This document shows, piece by piece, positions 10,058-21,854 of a stretch of 64,000 nt of DNA (the first letter of the stretch is position 1; every line of letters begins with the position of its first letter). The notes under the pieces are model-generated. The model was not told where the DNA came from. It was given only the letters and a program-made list of their open reading frames with translations, and ran no database searches. The stretch is from contig OZ241889.1 in NCBI GenBank assembly GCA_965203355.1, forward strand, positions 3,840,001 to 3,904,000. Reading direction: 5' to 3'. Source of the stretch: Candidatus Latescibacterota bacterium. Lineage in GTDB: Bacteria > Latescibacterota > UBA2968 > UBA8231. Both the position numbers and the translations under genes were made by a program.

Positions 10058-11041
10058 TCATTCCATTGGGTATTTTAGGCCGATCTGTGCGCGGATTTCG
10101 TCGAGTATCCGCATCAGCGCCACGGTTTCATCGAGCGGCATGACCGCGCTCTCGGTCCGCCCTTCGCCGAGGCAGCGGGCCACTTCTCGCGCTTCGTAGT
10201 TGTAGCCATTGCCCGCCAAAGGCAACTCAACGCGCTCTTCGCGGCCTCCAGCCTTGAGCGTGGCACTTTCGCCTTTCCACCACGACGGATCAATGACAAT
10301 CGTCCCCTCGCTGCCGACAATGTATGCTTCGCGGGCGATCGCAGCGCGGATGGCACAAGAAAGGTTGGCGATGGCACCGCCGCTGTAGCGGAGCACAATG
10401 CCGGTCTGCTCGTCAACGCCCGTTGCGCCGAGGTGGGCGGCGGCGGCAATCTGCGCGGGTTGTGCCCCGAGGACCATCGCGGCGAAGGAGACGACATAGA
10501 TGCCAATGTCGAGTAGGGCGCCGCCGCCCAAGGCGCGGTTAAAAAGCCGACCCGCGGGATTGACGCCCGCGCGGAAACCAAAGTCGGCGCTGACCATCAG
10601 CGGCACTCCTATGGCACCGGCGTCGAGCCACCGGCGCACTTGCCCCATAATGGGCAAGCAGCGAGTCCACATGGCCTCCATCAGAAAGACGCCCCGGGCG
10701 CGAGCGCAGGCGACGACCGCTTTGGCTTCGGCCGCATTGATGGTAAAGGGCTTCTCGCAGAGCACGGCTTTGCCGGCTTCAAGGCAGCGGATCGAATGAT
10801 CTTGGTGGAAGGGGTGAGGAGTGGCCACGTACACCGCGTCAATGTCGGGGTCGGTGCTGAGTGCTTCGTACGAGGCGTGGCGGTTGGGAGCCCCGTACTG
10901 GTCGCCAAAGGCGTCGGCGCGCTGCGGGTCGCGCGAGCCAACGGCGACCAACTCTCCCTCGGGAATGGCCTGGAGACCGACGGCGAATTTGTGGGCAATG
11001 CTGCCCGGGCCGAGGATGCCCCAGCGGATGGGTTGGGTCAT
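10058..11041 (-). CDS. Gfo/Idh/MocA family oxidoreductase
   Basis: WGILGPGSIA, VLCEKP, MEAMWTR, GGALLDIGIY. Confidence 0.92.
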   Translation of the reverse strand: MTQPIRWGILGPGSIAHKFAVGLQAIPEGELVAVGSRDPQRADAFGDQYGAPNRHASYEALSTDPDIDAVYVATPHPFHQDHSIRCLEAGKAVLCEKPFTINAAEAKAVVACARARGVFLMEAMWTRCLPIMGQVRRWLDAGAIGVPLMVSADFGFRAGVNPAGRLFNRALGGGALLDIGIYVVSFAAMVLGAQPAQIAAAAHLGATGVDEQTGIVLRYSGGAIANLSCAIRAAIAREAYIVGSEGTIVIDPSWWKGESATLKAGGREERVELPLAGNGYNYEAREVARCLGEGRTESAVMPLDETVALMRILDEIRAQIGLKYPME

Positions 11042-11294
11042 GGATGCTCCTAGCTTGGACTGATGTGAAAAATTGCGGGGGTTATAGTTTGGCCGTGTGC
11101 AGGAAAGGCGTCAAGGATGGGCGGTCCTCCAAAATCAGATCGGAATCGCCGCTAGCGAAATTGAGGAACTGGAACGAGAGAAGGCAACTGCCTGATGAGA
11201 CGAGAGGGCCGATTGGATTTCGTCCAAAATGGCCCTGCGCGACCGCGATCGTGTGAGGCTAATCTCGGTAGGGCCGCCGCCTCATGCTCGCAGG

Positions 11295-11927
11295 CTACCA
11301 GCCACATGCTTCGCGCAATGGACGCATGGCCTCTGCCGCACCCTTTAGATTAAAAGTAGCATCCACAGGACTCTTTCCCGTCGGTGTAATGCGCACGAAC
11401 AGCTTTTGGGACTCGGCTATCTTACGCTCCCAAAAGACGTTTCCCGGAGCAAAAATCGCCTCATCATCCGTGGACAGCCCCCAACGGTTCTTTTGTGCAG
11501 GTTGCTTATCAAAACGGGTCAAGACGGTGATATAGTCTTCAAACAATTCCAAAGACCAATCGTAATTAATGTAAACATTCGTTTCACCCTCCCTACAACG
11601 AACTATAAGCGTCGGGCGAGTTAGCCCTAGTAATCCCAAACCGCTTACATCAACCATATTCTCCGCCTCTAAGGCCATAAATACATTCCGCGAGTCGTCA
11701 ATTGGCGAGATTTCTTGATGTACTACCCACTGGCCTGTGCCTGAATCGGACAGTGTCGGCAGAGCTACACCTTCTGCGACTGCACGCGCCAACTCATCGT
11801 AACAGGCGAGGCGTTCGGCATCCTTATCCTTTGCCCGGCAGTGCGCCAGAACTTCTGGTATCGTGGCGGCTTCCACTGGGGCGAAAAGCAAACAACTCAT
11901 GCAAACGGCGGAGATTAATTGTTTCAT
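11295..11927 (-). CDS. Secreted protein resembling T6SS-associated TagO/VasI family
   Basis: Signal peptide, C...RLACYD, W...SPIDD, PTLIVRCREGET, TFNLKG...PLREACGW (recalled family pattern). Confidence 0.6.
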   Translation of the reverse strand: MKQLISAVCMSCLLFAPVEAATIPEVLAHCRAKDKDAERLACYDELARAVAEGVALPTLSDSGTGQWVVHQEISPIDDSRNVFMALEAENMVDVSGLGLLGLTRPTLIVRCREGETNVYINYDWSLELFEDYITVLTRFDKQPAQKNRWGLSTDDEAIFAPGNVFWERKIAESQKLFVRITPTGKSPVDATFNLKGAAEAMRPLREACGW

Positions 11928-11969
11928 GCGGATCAATTCCTCAATGCAAAATTTTGCTACCTGCCTCCG

Positions 11970-14900
11970 TCAGCTCGCGTCGGCAAAGTCGCGGGCGTTC
12001 TGAAACAGCTTGAGCCACGGCCCCTCTTCGCTCGTCCACTCAGCCGGACGCCACGACAGCTGAACATTGCGGAAGACGCGCTCCGGGTGCGGCATCATAA
12101 TAGTGGCGCGACCATCGGCACTAGTGAAAGCCGTCAACCCACCGGGCGAGCCGTTCGGGTTGCTGGGATAGCGTTCGGTCGGCTGACCGTAATTATCCAC
12201 ATAGCGCAGGCAAAGCTGGTTTCGCGCCCGCACGCGCGTCAGTGCCCGCTCGTCGCCAAATTGGACGCGGCCCTCGCCGTGCGCCACCGCCATGGGCAAA
12301 CGCGACCCCGCCATGCCGCGCAAGAACACCGAGCGGCTTTCCAACACCTCTACGGTGGCAAACCGCGCCTCAAACTGCTCGGATCGGTTGCGCACAAATC
12401 GCGGCCAGTCGGCCGCGCCCGGAATCAGTTCCTTGAGATGCGACAGCATTTGGCAGCCATTGCACACCCCCAAGGAAAAGGTATCCAGCCGCGCAAAGAA
12501 GACGGCAAATTGCTCGCGCAAGCGGTCGTGAAAAAGAATGGAACGCGCCCAGCCAGCCCCGGCCCCGAGCACATCGCCGTAGCTAAAGCCGCCGCAGGCC
12601 GCCAGCCCGTGAAACGAACTCAACTCGACGCGACCGGCCAATAAGTCGGTCATGGTCACGTCGACCGCCTCGCAGGCGGCCGCGTCAAAAGCCGCCGCCA
12701 TTTCCACTTGGCCGTTGATGCCCTGCTCGCGCAGAATCGCCACGCGAGGCCGCGCTTTCCCGCCTAGGGTCGGAGCAACTTCGTGCGCTAAGTGAAAATT
12801 CAGGCCCGGGTCTTGGCCATCGGCCAGGGTCTCATACTCTTGGCGGGCGCAATCCGGGTCGTCGCGGTGGGCCTGCATCCGATACGTCAACTCAGTCCAC
12901 GCCGCGTGCAGGTCGAGCAGCCGAGCCTCATAGACGAGATCGCCGGCGCGACAAACGCGCAGCTGTAAATCGTCGGCCGGCGCGCCCACGCCGTGGACCA
13001 AATCCGCGATGCCCTGCTCGGCAAAGACCTTGTACACGGTGTCCTCATCTTCAGCGCGATACTGGATCACAACGCCCACTTCCTCGCAGAAAAGCACCGC
13101 GAGCGGGTCGCGGCCCAGCGCGGCAATCTCTAGTTCCACGCCGCAACGGCCAGCAAACGCCATCTCGGCCACCGCCGTGAAAAGGCCGCCGTCGGAGCGG
13201 TCGTGATACGCCAGGACGAGATCTTGCTCGAGCAAAGTCTGCACGGCCTCGTACAAGCCGCGCAAATCGCCGGCCTCTACGTCGGGAGGCTCGCGACCGA
13301 TTTGGTTGTACACTTGCGCGAGACAAGAGCCACCCAGGCGATTTTGTTTGCGGCCCAAATCCACGAGCAGGAGCCGGGTGTCGCCACCCCGCTTTAAATC
13401 GGGCGTAACGTGGCGGCGCACGTCTTCGACCGGCGCAAAGGCCGAGATGACCAAACTCAACGGAGCGACCACTTTGTGCGCTGTACCCTCGGCGTCTTCC
13501 CACACCGCCCGCATGGACAGCGAGTCTTTCCCCACCGGAATCGACACCCCCAGCGCCGGACAAAACTCCAACCCCACGGTGCGCACGGTGTCGTATAGGG
13601 CCGCGTCCTCACCCGCTTCGCCACAAGCGCACATCCAGTTCCCGGACAGCTTGATGCGGTGAATCGGACCAATGGACGCAGCGGCCATGTTGGCGATGGC
13701 CTCGGCCACAGCCATGCGCCCCGAAGCGGGCGCATCTACCAAGGCGAGAGGCGTGCGCTCGCCCATGGCCATGGCCGACCCGGTGTATCCCCGAAAGGAG
13801 TGGCAAGTCAAAGCCAAATCCGCGACCGGCACCTGATAGGGACCGACCATCTGATCGCGGGCCACCAAGCCGGTGACCGTGCGGTCGGCAATGGCGATGA
13901 GGAACGTCTTGGCGGCTACGGCTGGGAAGCGGAGCAAGCGCTCAGCCGCCTCAGCGAGCGCCGGCTCCCCTAAGGCGAGCGGCCGCCGCACGGGCGGGCG
14001 GCGGCTGGCGCGGCGCAGCATCTTGGGCGGCTTGCCCAAAATGACCGCTAGATCGAGGCGGTCAATGGGCTTGTCGTCGAGCAGAGCGTCGTCGAGAGAC
14101 AGCGTGCCATCGCCGGTGATCTCGCCAATGACCGCAAACAGGCAACGCTCGCGTGTAGCCAACTCGGCAAAGCGCTGCAAATCGGCGCGGCCCACCACCA
14201 GCACGTAGCGCTCTTGCGCCTCGTTGCTCCAAATCTGCATCGGACTCATGCCCGGGTCGTCGTTGTGAATGGCGCGCAAGTCAAAGCGCGCCCCCACGTC
14301 TGCCACCAACTCCGGGCAGGCGTTGGACAACCCCCCAGCCCCCACGTCGTGGATGCTGACGATGGGATTTTCCGCCCCGAGCGCGATACAGCGGCTGATC
14401 AGCTCTTGGCAGCGGCGCTGCATCTCGGGATTGTCGCGCTGCACCGAGGCAAAGTCGAGGTCTTCGCGGTTAGCACCCGTGTCCATGCTAGAAGCGGCAC
14501 CCCCGCCTAAACCAATGAGCATGGCCGGTCCCCCGAGCTGAATGACGCAATCGCCCGCCGCCGGCGTTTTCTTCTCCACGTGCGCGGCGTCGATGAGGCC
14601 AACGCCGCCAGCGACCATGATCGGCTTGTGGTAGCCGCGCCACACCCCAGTGCTGTCGTCCTCCAAGGTGCGGAACACCCCGAGGATGTTGGGCCGCCCA
14701 AACTCATTGCCAAAGGCCGCACCGCCGATCGGCCCTTCGGTCATAATCGCGAGGGGCGTGGCCAAGCGATCCGGGAAGGCCGCGTGCTCTTTTTCCCACG
14801 GCTGGGCAAACTCGGGCAGGCGCAGATGCGAGGTAAAAAAGGCGCACAGACCCGCCTGCGACCAACCGCCCGTGCCCGCCGCGCCCTCGTCGCGGATCTC

Positions 14901-15812
14901 GCCTCCGACTCCGGTAGAAGCACCGGGATAGGGGGCGATGGCCGTTGGATGGTTGTGGGTCTCGACCTTGATCAAGACGTGGGTCTGCCGCTGGCGGTAG
15001 CCATAGCAAAAATCTTGGTCTAGCTGCGGACCAAAGATCGGCACCTCAAATCCTGCAATCACGCCGGCGTTGTCGGAATACGCCTTAACCGTGCCGGACG
15101 GACGCGCCTCGTGCGTGTGGCGAATCATGGCAAAGAGCGAGCGCGCCTCGCGCTGGTTGTCGATGATCCAATCGGCGTTGAAAATTTTATGGCGGCAGTG
15201 CTCCGAGTTGACCACCGCAAACATCATCAGCTCTACATCGGTCGGGTCGCGGCCGACAAAGGCGTGCAGCGCGTAGTCGATCTCCTCGTCCGAGAGCGCC
15301 AAGCCCATCGCGCGATTGGCGACCACGAGGGCCCGCCGACCTTCCGCCCGCACCGGAATGTGGACTAGCGGCTTGGGCTCCACGCGGCGAAAGAGAGTAG
15401 CTAACGAGTCGAGCGGAGCCTCGATCATGCGGTCGTAGAGCAGCGGCAAAACCGCCCGGGGCACGGTAGCGGCAGCAAAGGCATAGAGCGTGCCACGCTC
15501 GACGCGGCGCACAAATTCGAGGCCGCAGTTTTTGAGGATGTCCGTGGCCTTGCTCGACCACGGAGACGTCGTGCCCGGTCGCGGGCCAATGGCCACCTCG
15601 TTGTGCGCCCGCACAGGCAGGGCCGCGTCCACGTCGAGAATGTGCATAAGCCGCGCCCGCTCATCGTCCGCTAGGGGACGTGTACACTGCACGGCATAGA
15701 AGTACGTGGCGGTCAGGTTTTCAACCTCGGGCGCACAACGCTGACAGCGCACCAGCAGCGACCGACGGCGCCGGGGCGACAGGGCCGGAGGGCCGACAAA
15801 GGCGAGTAGCAT
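11970..15812 (-). CDS. purL: Phosphoribosylformylglycinamidine synthase (large, fused GATase)
   Basis: [40 protein letters not shown]. Confidence 0.97.
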   Translation of the reverse strand: MLLAFVGPPALSPRRRRSLLVRCQRCAPEVENLTATYFYAVQCTRPLADDERARLMHILDVDAALPVRAHNEVAIGPRPGTTSPWSSKATDILKNCGLEFVRRVERGTLYAFAAATVPRAVLPLLYDRMIEAPLDSLATLFRRVEPKPLVHIPVRAEGRRALVVANRAMGLALSDEEIDYALHAFVGRDPTDVELMMFAVVNSEHCRHKIFNADWIIDNQREARSLFAMIRHTHEARPSGTVKAYSDNAGVIAGFEVPIFGPQLDQDFCYGYRQRQTHVLIKVETHNHPTAIAPYPGASTGVGGEIRDEGAAGTGGWSQAGLCAFFTSHLRLPEFAQPWEKEHAAFPDRLATPLAIMTEGPIGGAAFGNEFGRPNILGVFRTLEDDSTGVWRGYHKPIMVAGGVGLIDAAHVEKKTPAAGDCVIQLGGPAMLIGLGGGAASSMDTGANREDLDFASVQRDNPEMQRRCQELISRCIALGAENPIVSIHDVGAGGLSNACPELVADVGARFDLRAIHNDDPGMSPMQIWSNEAQERYVLVVGRADLQRFAELATRERCLFAVIGEITGDGTLSLDDALLDDKPIDRLDLAVILGKPPKMLRRASRRPPVRRPLALGEPALAEAAERLLRFPAVAAKTFLIAIADRTVTGLVARDQMVGPYQVPVADLALTCHSFRGYTGSAMAMGERTPLALVDAPASGRMAVAEAIANMAAASIGPIHRIKLSGNWMCACGEAGEDAALYDTVRTVGLEFCPALGVSIPVGKDSLSMRAVWEDAEGTAHKVVAPLSLVISAFAPVEDVRRHVTPDLKRGGDTRLLLVDLGRKQNRLGGSCLAQVYNQIGREPPDVEAGDLRGLYEAVQTLLEQDLVLAYHDRSDGGLFTAVAEMAFAGRCGVELEIAALGRDPLAVLFCEEVGVVIQYRAEDEDTVYKVFAEQGIADLVHGVGAPADDLQLRVCRAGDLVYEARLLDLHAAWTELTYRMQAHRDDPDCARQEYETLADGQDPGLNFHLAHEVAPTLGGKARPRVAILREQGINGQVEMAAAFDAAACEAVDVTMTDLLAGRVELSSFHGLAACGGFSYGDVLGAGAGWARSILFHDRLREQFAVFFARLDTFSLGVCNGCQMLSHLKELIPGAADWPRFVRNRSEQFEARFATVEVLESRSVFLRGMAGSRLPMAVAHGEGRVQFGDERALTRVRARNQLCLRYVDNYGQPTERYPSNPNGSPGGLTAFTSADGRATIMMPHPERVFRNVQLSWRPAEWTSEEGPWLKLFQNARDFADAS

Positions 15813-15960
15813 GGGATACTTTCTAGCGGGAAAAGGTTGCCTAAAAATGTAGGTGCTGTCGTGAAAACCCTCAAGGATTGTCGCGGCTCAACGAGCGCAT
15901 TTTTGCACCTATGTACATAATGTCTATCTTCAGGATTTATTTGTGGAGTTGGAGGTTTCT

Positions 15961-18756
15961 ATGTCATTTGCTACGCACAGTGAAAACGCCGAGTACGTCG
16001 AAGCGCTCTACGAGCAATACCAGCGCGATCCCAGCGCGATCCCAGCCGAGTGGCAACACTTCTTCCGCGGCTTTGAATTTGGCTTCGCACACTCGGCGAC
16101 CGCCGGCGCACCCGACCCAGCAGACCCACAGCCGTCCATAGAAGCCACTGAGGGCCTTTTGGTCCTCCAAGGCGTCCAAGCCCTCGTGCAGACCTATCGG
16201 CAAATGGGCCACTTTGTCGCCCGGCTCGACCCGCTGGGCTACAATCGCCAGAGCCTGCCCTTGTTGGATCTGGCGGAATTTGGCCTCGCCGAAGAAGATC
16301 TCGACAAGTCCGTGGGCAACGGCGGCTTTCTCGGGCGCACCGACGGGACGTTAAGGGGCCTGTTGAGCAAACTAAAAGCCACGTATTGCCGCTCCATCGG
16401 CGTCGAATACATGGACATCCCAGACAAGGAGCAGCGCGACTGGCTGCAAAATCGGGTCGAGCCTTGCCTCAACAATCCCAATTTGTCCGAAGACGCGACC
16501 CGGCGAGTGCTGGCACGCCTGATCGCCGCCGAGGAGTTTGAGCAGTTTTTGCACAAGCGCTACGTCGGGCAAAAGCGCTTCTCGCTCGAAGGGGCTGAGT
16601 CCACGGTGCCGCTCTTGGACGAACTGGTCAGCACCGGCTCCAAGCTCGGCGTCGAAGAGATGGTTATCGGCATGGCCCACCGCGGCCGACTCAATGTGCT
16701 GGCGCACCTTTTGCACAAGCCCTACGAGGAAATCCTCGCCGAGTTTGAGGGAGCCGACCGCACCGACCGCGACGACGACGAGGGCGACGTCAAATATCAC
16801 AAGGGCTATTCCCACGACCACGACACCGAGGAGGGACGCAAGGTACATCTCTCGCTCAGTTTTAATCCTAGTCATCTGGAGCTAGTCGATCCGGTCATCG
16901 AGGGCATCGTCTATGCCAAGCAGGCCTACTTGCACGACGACGAAGGAGATCGGGTCGTCCCGGTGCTCATCCACGGCGAGGCCGCTTTTACCGGCCAAGG
17001 GATCGTCTCGGAGACCCTCAATCTCTCCGAACTACCTGGCTACCGCACCGGCGGCACCATACACATTATCATCAACAACCAACTCGGCTACACCGCCCTA
17101 GCCGACGAGACGCGCTTTACGCCCTACCCAACCGACATAGCCAAGGAGATTCAAGCGCCAGTCTTTCACGTCAACGCCGACGACCCCGAATCCGTGGTAC
17201 AAGCGGCGCGCGTGGCGATGGAGTTTAGGCACCGCTTCAAGGTCGATGTATTTATCGACTTGTGGTGTTATCGCCGCCACGGCCACAACGAGGCCGACGA
17301 CCCGACCCTGACCCAACCGCTGATGTACAAGAAGATCGCCGAGCATCCGACGATCCTCCATCTCTACTCCTTCCAGCTCATAGCCCAAAACAAGATCTCT
17401 CAAGAGGAAGCCGACGACATTCGCGCGCGAATCCGCACTCGGCTCGAAGAAGCCCAGCAAATCGCCCGCCGCCTACAAGTCCAGCCGCACACCTCGTCTT
17501 TCGGGGGCGTCTGGCAGGGCCTGACTTGGGCGCCCAATGACTGGAGCGCACACACGGCCGTCGATGCCAAAATCCTCAAGCGGATCGTCGAGCGGGCGAC
17601 CCAAGTCCCCAAAGGATTCTCCCTCCATCGCACAATCCAACGGATGATCGAAGCGCGCCGCGCCATGGCCGCTGGTCAGATGCCCATCGACTGGGGTTGC
17701 GGCGAGGTGATGGCCTTCGGCTCATTGCTGCGAGAAGGAGTGCCAGTGCGCCTAACCGGCCAAGATACCCAGCGCGGCACTTTTGCCCATCGCCACGCTG
17801 TCTGGCACGACACGGAAACAGGCGCAGAACACATTCCCTTGCAGTGCTTGGAACGCGACCAAGCCGACTTTGTCATACTCAACACCATGCTATCGGAGCT
17901 AGCAGTGCTCGGCTTTGAGTACGGGATCAGTTCGGCGGATCCGCGGCGCTTGGTCTTGTGGGAGGCCCAATTCGGCGATTTCGTCAACGGCGCGCAGATG
18001 ATCATCGACCAATTTCTCACGAGCGGCGAAGCCAAATGGCAGCGGATGAGCGGCTTGGTGTTGCTGTTGCCACACGGATACGAGGGCATGGGGCCGGAGC
18101 ATTCAAGCGCGCGGCTGGAGCGCTTCTTGCAACTGTGCGCCAAAAACAACATGCAGGTGGCCTACCCCACCACGCCCGCGCAATTATTCCACATCTTGCG
18201 GCGGCAGATCCACCGCAACTTCCGCAAGCCGCTGGTGCTGATGACGCCCAAGAGCCTCCTGCGGCACAAGCAATGCGTCTCCGAGTTAGAAGCGTTTTCC
18301 AGCGGGGCGTTTCAGCGGGTCATCGACGATGCAAACGTCGCCGATCCAGCCACTGTCCGTCGAGTCGTGCTCTGCACCGGCAAGATCTACTACGACTTGG
18401 CGACGGCCCGCGGCGAGCAAAATGGCCGCGACGAGGTGGCCTTGCTGCGCGTTGAGGAACTCTATCCGTTTCCCGCCGCCGAACTCCAAGCTGCGTTTGA
18501 TCGCTATCCCGCCGCTAGGCAGTTCTACTGGGTGCAAGAAGAATCCCAGAACATGGGCGCTTGGAGCTTCGTCCAGCCTCTCGCAAAAGAACTGCTGCCC
18601 GCTCATTTTGAGCTAAAGTACGTGGGCCGCGACGAAGCGGCTAGCCCGGCCACCGGCTCTGGGCACCTACACGAAACCGAGCAACGAGAAATCGTCGCGC
18701 AAGCACTAGGCCGCAGCCGGGAAGTGGTTCTCCAGCAGCGGCGGCAATCTGGTTAG
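15961..18756 (+). CDS. sucA: 2-oxoglutarate dehydrogenase E1
   Basis: [43 protein letters not shown]; GGAGG RBS. Confidence 0.97.
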   Translation: MSFATHSENAEYVEALYEQYQRDPSAIPAEWQHFFRGFEFGFAHSATAGAPDPADPQPSIEATEGLLVLQGVQALVQTYRQMGHFVARLDPLGYNRQSLPLLDLAEFGLAEEDLDKSVGNGGFLGRTDGTLRGLLSKLKATYCRSIGVEYMDIPDKEQRDWLQNRVEPCLNNPNLSEDATRRVLARLIAAEEFEQFLHKRYVGQKRFSLEGAESTVPLLDELVSTGSKLGVEEMVIGMAHRGRLNVLAHLLHKPYEEILAEFEGADRTDRDDDEGDVKYHKGYSHDHDTEEGRKVHLSLSFNPSHLELVDPVIEGIVYAKQAYLHDDEGDRVVPVLIHGEAAFTGQGIVSETLNLSELPGYRTGGTIHIIINNQLGYTALADETRFTPYPTDIAKEIQAPVFHVNADDPESVVQAARVAMEFRHRFKVDVFIDLWCYRRHGHNEADDPTLTQPLMYKKIAEHPTILHLYSFQLIAQNKISQEEADDIRARIRTRLEEAQQIARRLQVQPHTSSFGGVWQGLTWAPNDWSAHTAVDAKILKRIVERATQVPKGFSLHRTIQRMIEARRAMAAGQMPIDWGCGEVMAFGSLLREGVPVRLTGQDTQRGTFAHRHAVWHDTETGAEHIPLQCLERDQADFVILNTMLSELAVLGFEYGISSADPRRLVLWEAQFGDFVNGAQMIIDQFLTSGEAKWQRMSGLVLLLPHGYEGMGPEHSSARLERFLQLCAKNNMQVAYPTTPAQLFHILRRQIHRNFRKPLVLMTPKSLLRHKQCVSELEAFSSGAFQRVIDDANVADPATVRRVVLCTGKIYYDLATARGEQNGRDEVALLRVEELYPFPAAELQAAFDRYPAARQFYWVQEESQNMGAWSFVQPLAKELLPAHFELKYVGRDEAASPATGSGHLHETEQREIVAQALGRSREVVLQQRRQSG

Positions 18757-18766
18757 GAGCATTCGC

Positions 18767-19900
18767 ATGTCAGTACAAGTCGAAATACCGAGCATGGGCG
18801 AATCGGTCAGCGAGGTAATTCTCCTCGAATGGCTCAAGGGCGATGGGGCGCGCGTCGAGCGGGACGAGCCGCTCTGCGTGTTAGAAACCGACAAGGCCAA
18901 CGTCGAGCTGCCGTCCCCAGCCAGCGGCGCACTCAAACACCTCCAACCTACCGATACTACCCTGACCATAGGGGCGGTAGTCGCGGAGATAGACGAAACA
19001 GCAGAATCCGCCACGCCGGCACCCGGACCCGTTCTAAGCCCCGCCGTGCGTCGCTTAGTCGAAGAGCACGCGCTCGACCCGACCGCGATCGAGGGTACGG
19101 GCCGGGCCGGGCGGCTGACGAAAAAGGACGTGCTCGCCCATCTAGAGACGCTATCCCCGCCCGAACCTGCACCCGCACCTTCTCCCGCGCCCACCGTTCA
19201 CCACCTCATCCACCGCGAACCGATGAGCCGCCTCCGGCAGCGCATTGCCGAGCACTTGGTTGCCGCGCAACACAACGCAGCCATGCTGACGACCTTCAAC
19301 GAAATCGACATGAGCGGCGTTATGCAGCTTCGGGCCAAGTACAAGGAGCGCTTTGCCCAAGTCCACGGCGCGTCGCTGGGGCTGATGTCCTTTTTCTCGC
19401 GGGCTGCGGTCCTCGCACTCGGCGAGTTTCCGTCGATCAACGCGCAGATCGACGGCACGCACATTGTGTATCACGACTTCGTCAATTTGGGGATCGCGGT
19501 GAGCACCGAGCGCGGGCTAGTCGTGCCCGTCTTGCACCGCGCCGATCAGATGTCCATCGCCCGCCTCGAAAGCAACATCAAGCGACTCGCGCTAAGTGCC
19601 CGCGACAACAAGCTGGCCATGGACGAGCTGAGCGGCGGCACCTTCACCATTACCAACGGCGGAGTCTTTGGCTCGCTGCTTTCCACGCCGATTCTAAACG
19701 CGCCGCAAAGTGGGATCTTGGGAATGCACGCCATCCAAGAGCGGCCCGTGGCCGTGGCAGGCCAAGTGGTGATTAGGCCGATGATGTACGTGGCACTGTC
19801 CTACGATCATCGACTCGTCGATGGCCAGCAGTCGGTCTCGTTTTTGGTGCGGTTAAAGGAACTATTGGAAGATCCGGCGCGGTTGATGCTGGAGGTATAG
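18767..19900 (+). CDS. sucB: Dihydrolipoamide succinyltransferase E2
   Basis: Lipoyl [22 protein letters not shown]. Confidence 0.96.
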   Translation: MSVQVEIPSMGESVSEVILLEWLKGDGARVERDEPLCVLETDKANVELPSPASGALKHLQPTDTTLTIGAVVAEIDETAESATPAPGPVLSPAVRRLVEEHALDPTAIEGTGRAGRLTKKDVLAHLETLSPPEPAPAPSPAPTVHHLIHREPMSRLRQRIAEHLVAAQHNAAMLTTFNEIDMSGVMQLRAKYKERFAQVHGASLGLMSFFSRAAVLALGEFPSINAQIDGTHIVYHDFVNLGIAVSTERGLVVPVLHRADQMSIARLESNIKRLALSARDNKLAMDELSGGTFTITNGGVFGSLLSTPILNAPQSGILGMHAIQERPVAVAGQVVIRPMMYVALSYDHRLVDGQQSVSFLVRLKELLEDPARLMLEV

Positions 19901-19936
19901 CGGAAGGCTGTCGCTGGTCATAGTGGAAAAACACCG

Positions 19937-20890
19937 ATGCCCAAAAAAGTCAAAAAACGCAATCAAGAGAATCCGCTCAGGTTCGAGTTCTCTATGGTTG
20001 GCAAACAGCTAGCAATAAAAAACGAGTCGGAATTCTGTGAAATATACAGGCATCCGCACGGATCTCTTTTTCAAGGGAATTCCATTGAGTGGCTCAGAAG
20101 CTTGGACGCGGAAAGCGTGGATCTCATCTTTGCCGATCCCCCTTATAATATCAATAAAGCCGAATGGGACAAGTTTGAAAATCAAGAACATTACATCGAA
20201 TGGTCAATGCAATGGATTAGAGAATCACATCGCATTCTAAGGAAAACAGGGACGATGTACCTCTGTGGATTTTCCGAAATACTTGCAGATATAAAACAGC
20301 CATCTATGAGGTACTTTAAATCGTGTAAGTGGCTGGTATGGTATTATAAAAACAAAGCCAATATGGGGAGTGACTGGGGAAGATCGCATGAGAGCATTCT
20401 TCATTTACGCAAATCTAACAAAAAGACATTTAACATCGATGATATTAGAGTTCCTTATAGTAATCATACGCTAAAATACCCATCTCATCCACAAGCAGAG
20501 TCAAGTCAATATGGAAATGGGTCTAACAAAAAAAATATCTGGACTCCTCATCCGAGAGGAGCAAAACCACGAGATGTTATAGAAGTGCCAACTACGTGTA
20601 ATGGAATGAATGAGAAAACTCCTCATCCTACACAAAAACCAGAAGAGCTCGTTCGGAAATTTATCCTAGCTTCGTCTAAAGAAGGCGATCTTGTCGTTGA
20701 TCCGTTCTCAGGATCGGGGACAACGCTAGTCGTTTCTGAACAACTCACGCGAAGATGGGCCGGTTGTGAAATTGATCCCGAATACAATAAATGGGCGATA
20801 GACCGAATAGAAAATGTGGTTTGCCGATCAAAAGACGGATGGATCACACTCGATAAAGAGAATAAAAAAAGAAGGAGTTCAATCCATTGA
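19937..20890 (+). CDS. Site-specific DNA methyltransferase (N6A/N4C, beta class)
   Basis: DPPY motif precedes HPTQKP and DPFSGSGTT; AT-rich. Confidence 0.9.
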   Translation: MPKKVKKRNQENPLRFEFSMVGKQLAIKNESEFCEIYRHPHGSLFQGNSIEWLRSLDAESVDLIFADPPYNINKAEWDKFENQEHYIEWSMQWIRESHRILRKTGTMYLCGFSEILADIKQPSMRYFKSCKWLVWYYKNKANMGSDWGRSHESILHLRKSNKKTFNIDDIRVPYSNHTLKYPSHPQAESSQYGNGSNKKNIWTPHPRGAKPRDVIEVPTTCNGMNEKTPHPTQKPEELVRKFILASSKEGDLVVDPFSGSGTTLVVSEQLTRRWAGCEIDPEYNKWAIDRIENVVCRSKDGWITLDKENKKRRSSIH

Positions 20891-21786
20891 ATTTGGAAAG
20901 ACTGGTTAATACCGCCTGCGATAAAGACTATTTTCGCGATATTGATAGATACTGCGATTTCGCGAAGTCGTATCTTGAATTCATCAAAGGTAATATACAA
21001 GCTGTAATTTTATCGAGAAACGAAAATAACTATCAATTCTTTCAATACAAGGATGATGGGGCATATAACATAACAAGACCAATCAACTCCGAATTGATGT
21101 ACTCACTAGAAGAGATGGAGGCTGTTATTGACCCCTTCAAAGAAATTCTGCTGGAAATCCAAAGCAATGATAATGGTACGGATAGTTCGCTTAACAGAGA
21201 GATTATTAATAGAACCATTTATACAGCGCAACAATGTATTGGGGCTACTCTTGATGCTTTGCCTGCTAATAAGTCAAATACAGCAAGAAAGATAAACGGA
21301 GATCTATTTGAAAGATTCATACGTTTCATTGTAGGTAAGGTCGGAGTTTGTGTCACACATGGGACAGTACAAATCCCAGTAAAAATAAATAAAAAAGTCG
21401 AATTTACTATGAATTATCAGCATGATCTTATTGTGAAAGCATTCGAAGAAGTGTGTGCGATAGGTTCCGTAAAGACATCAAGTAAAGACCGTCTAGCGAA
21501 GATATTTATCGATAAGTTTCTATACAATCGCCTGACGGATAGAAACACGCCTCATTTCGCTATATTCTTAAATGATGTGCAGAGAAAAGGTAGCAATGGA
21601 AAATATGGCGTTAATGCAACTTTTCTCTCAGGCCATTTTAAGGTTTATACCGTCAAACTGAATCCTTTAGATGGAGTATATTATTTTGATATACGCTCTG
21701 CTATGCGGACAACGGACATACTGAAAGATCATATAAAAACCTTTGATCATTTTTTATTCGACGATATTTGGAAGTTAGTCAGGTGA
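20887..21786 (+). CDS. Putative type II restriction endonuclease
   Basis: Overlaps MTase stop; GDLFE...QHDLIV...SVKTSSKDR nuclease-like motif; AT-rich. Confidence 0.65.
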   Translation: MNLERLVNTACDKDYFRDIDRYCDFAKSYLEFIKGNIQAVILSRNENNYQFFQYKDDGAYNITRPINSELMYSLEEMEAVIDPFKEILLEIQSNDNGTDSSLNREIINRTIYTAQQCIGATLDALPANKSNTARKINGDLFERFIRFIVGKVGVCVTHGTVQIPVKINKKVEFTMNYQHDLIVKAFEEVCAIGSVKTSSKDRLAKIFIDKFLYNRLTDRNTPHFAIFLNDVQRKGSNGKYGVNATFLSGHFKVYTVKLNPLDGVYYFDIRSAMRTTDILKDHIKTFDHFLFDDIWKLVR

Positions 21787-21854
21787 CTACCTAATGAAGG
21801 AATAGCAACCATGCTAAAGTGCGTTGCCAATCTATCATGCAAAAAGGAAATACC

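Noticed and set aside
21787-21840. ACCTAAT as an attC inverse core after the first RM pair
   Set aside because: Imperfect, with no matching core site or hairpin
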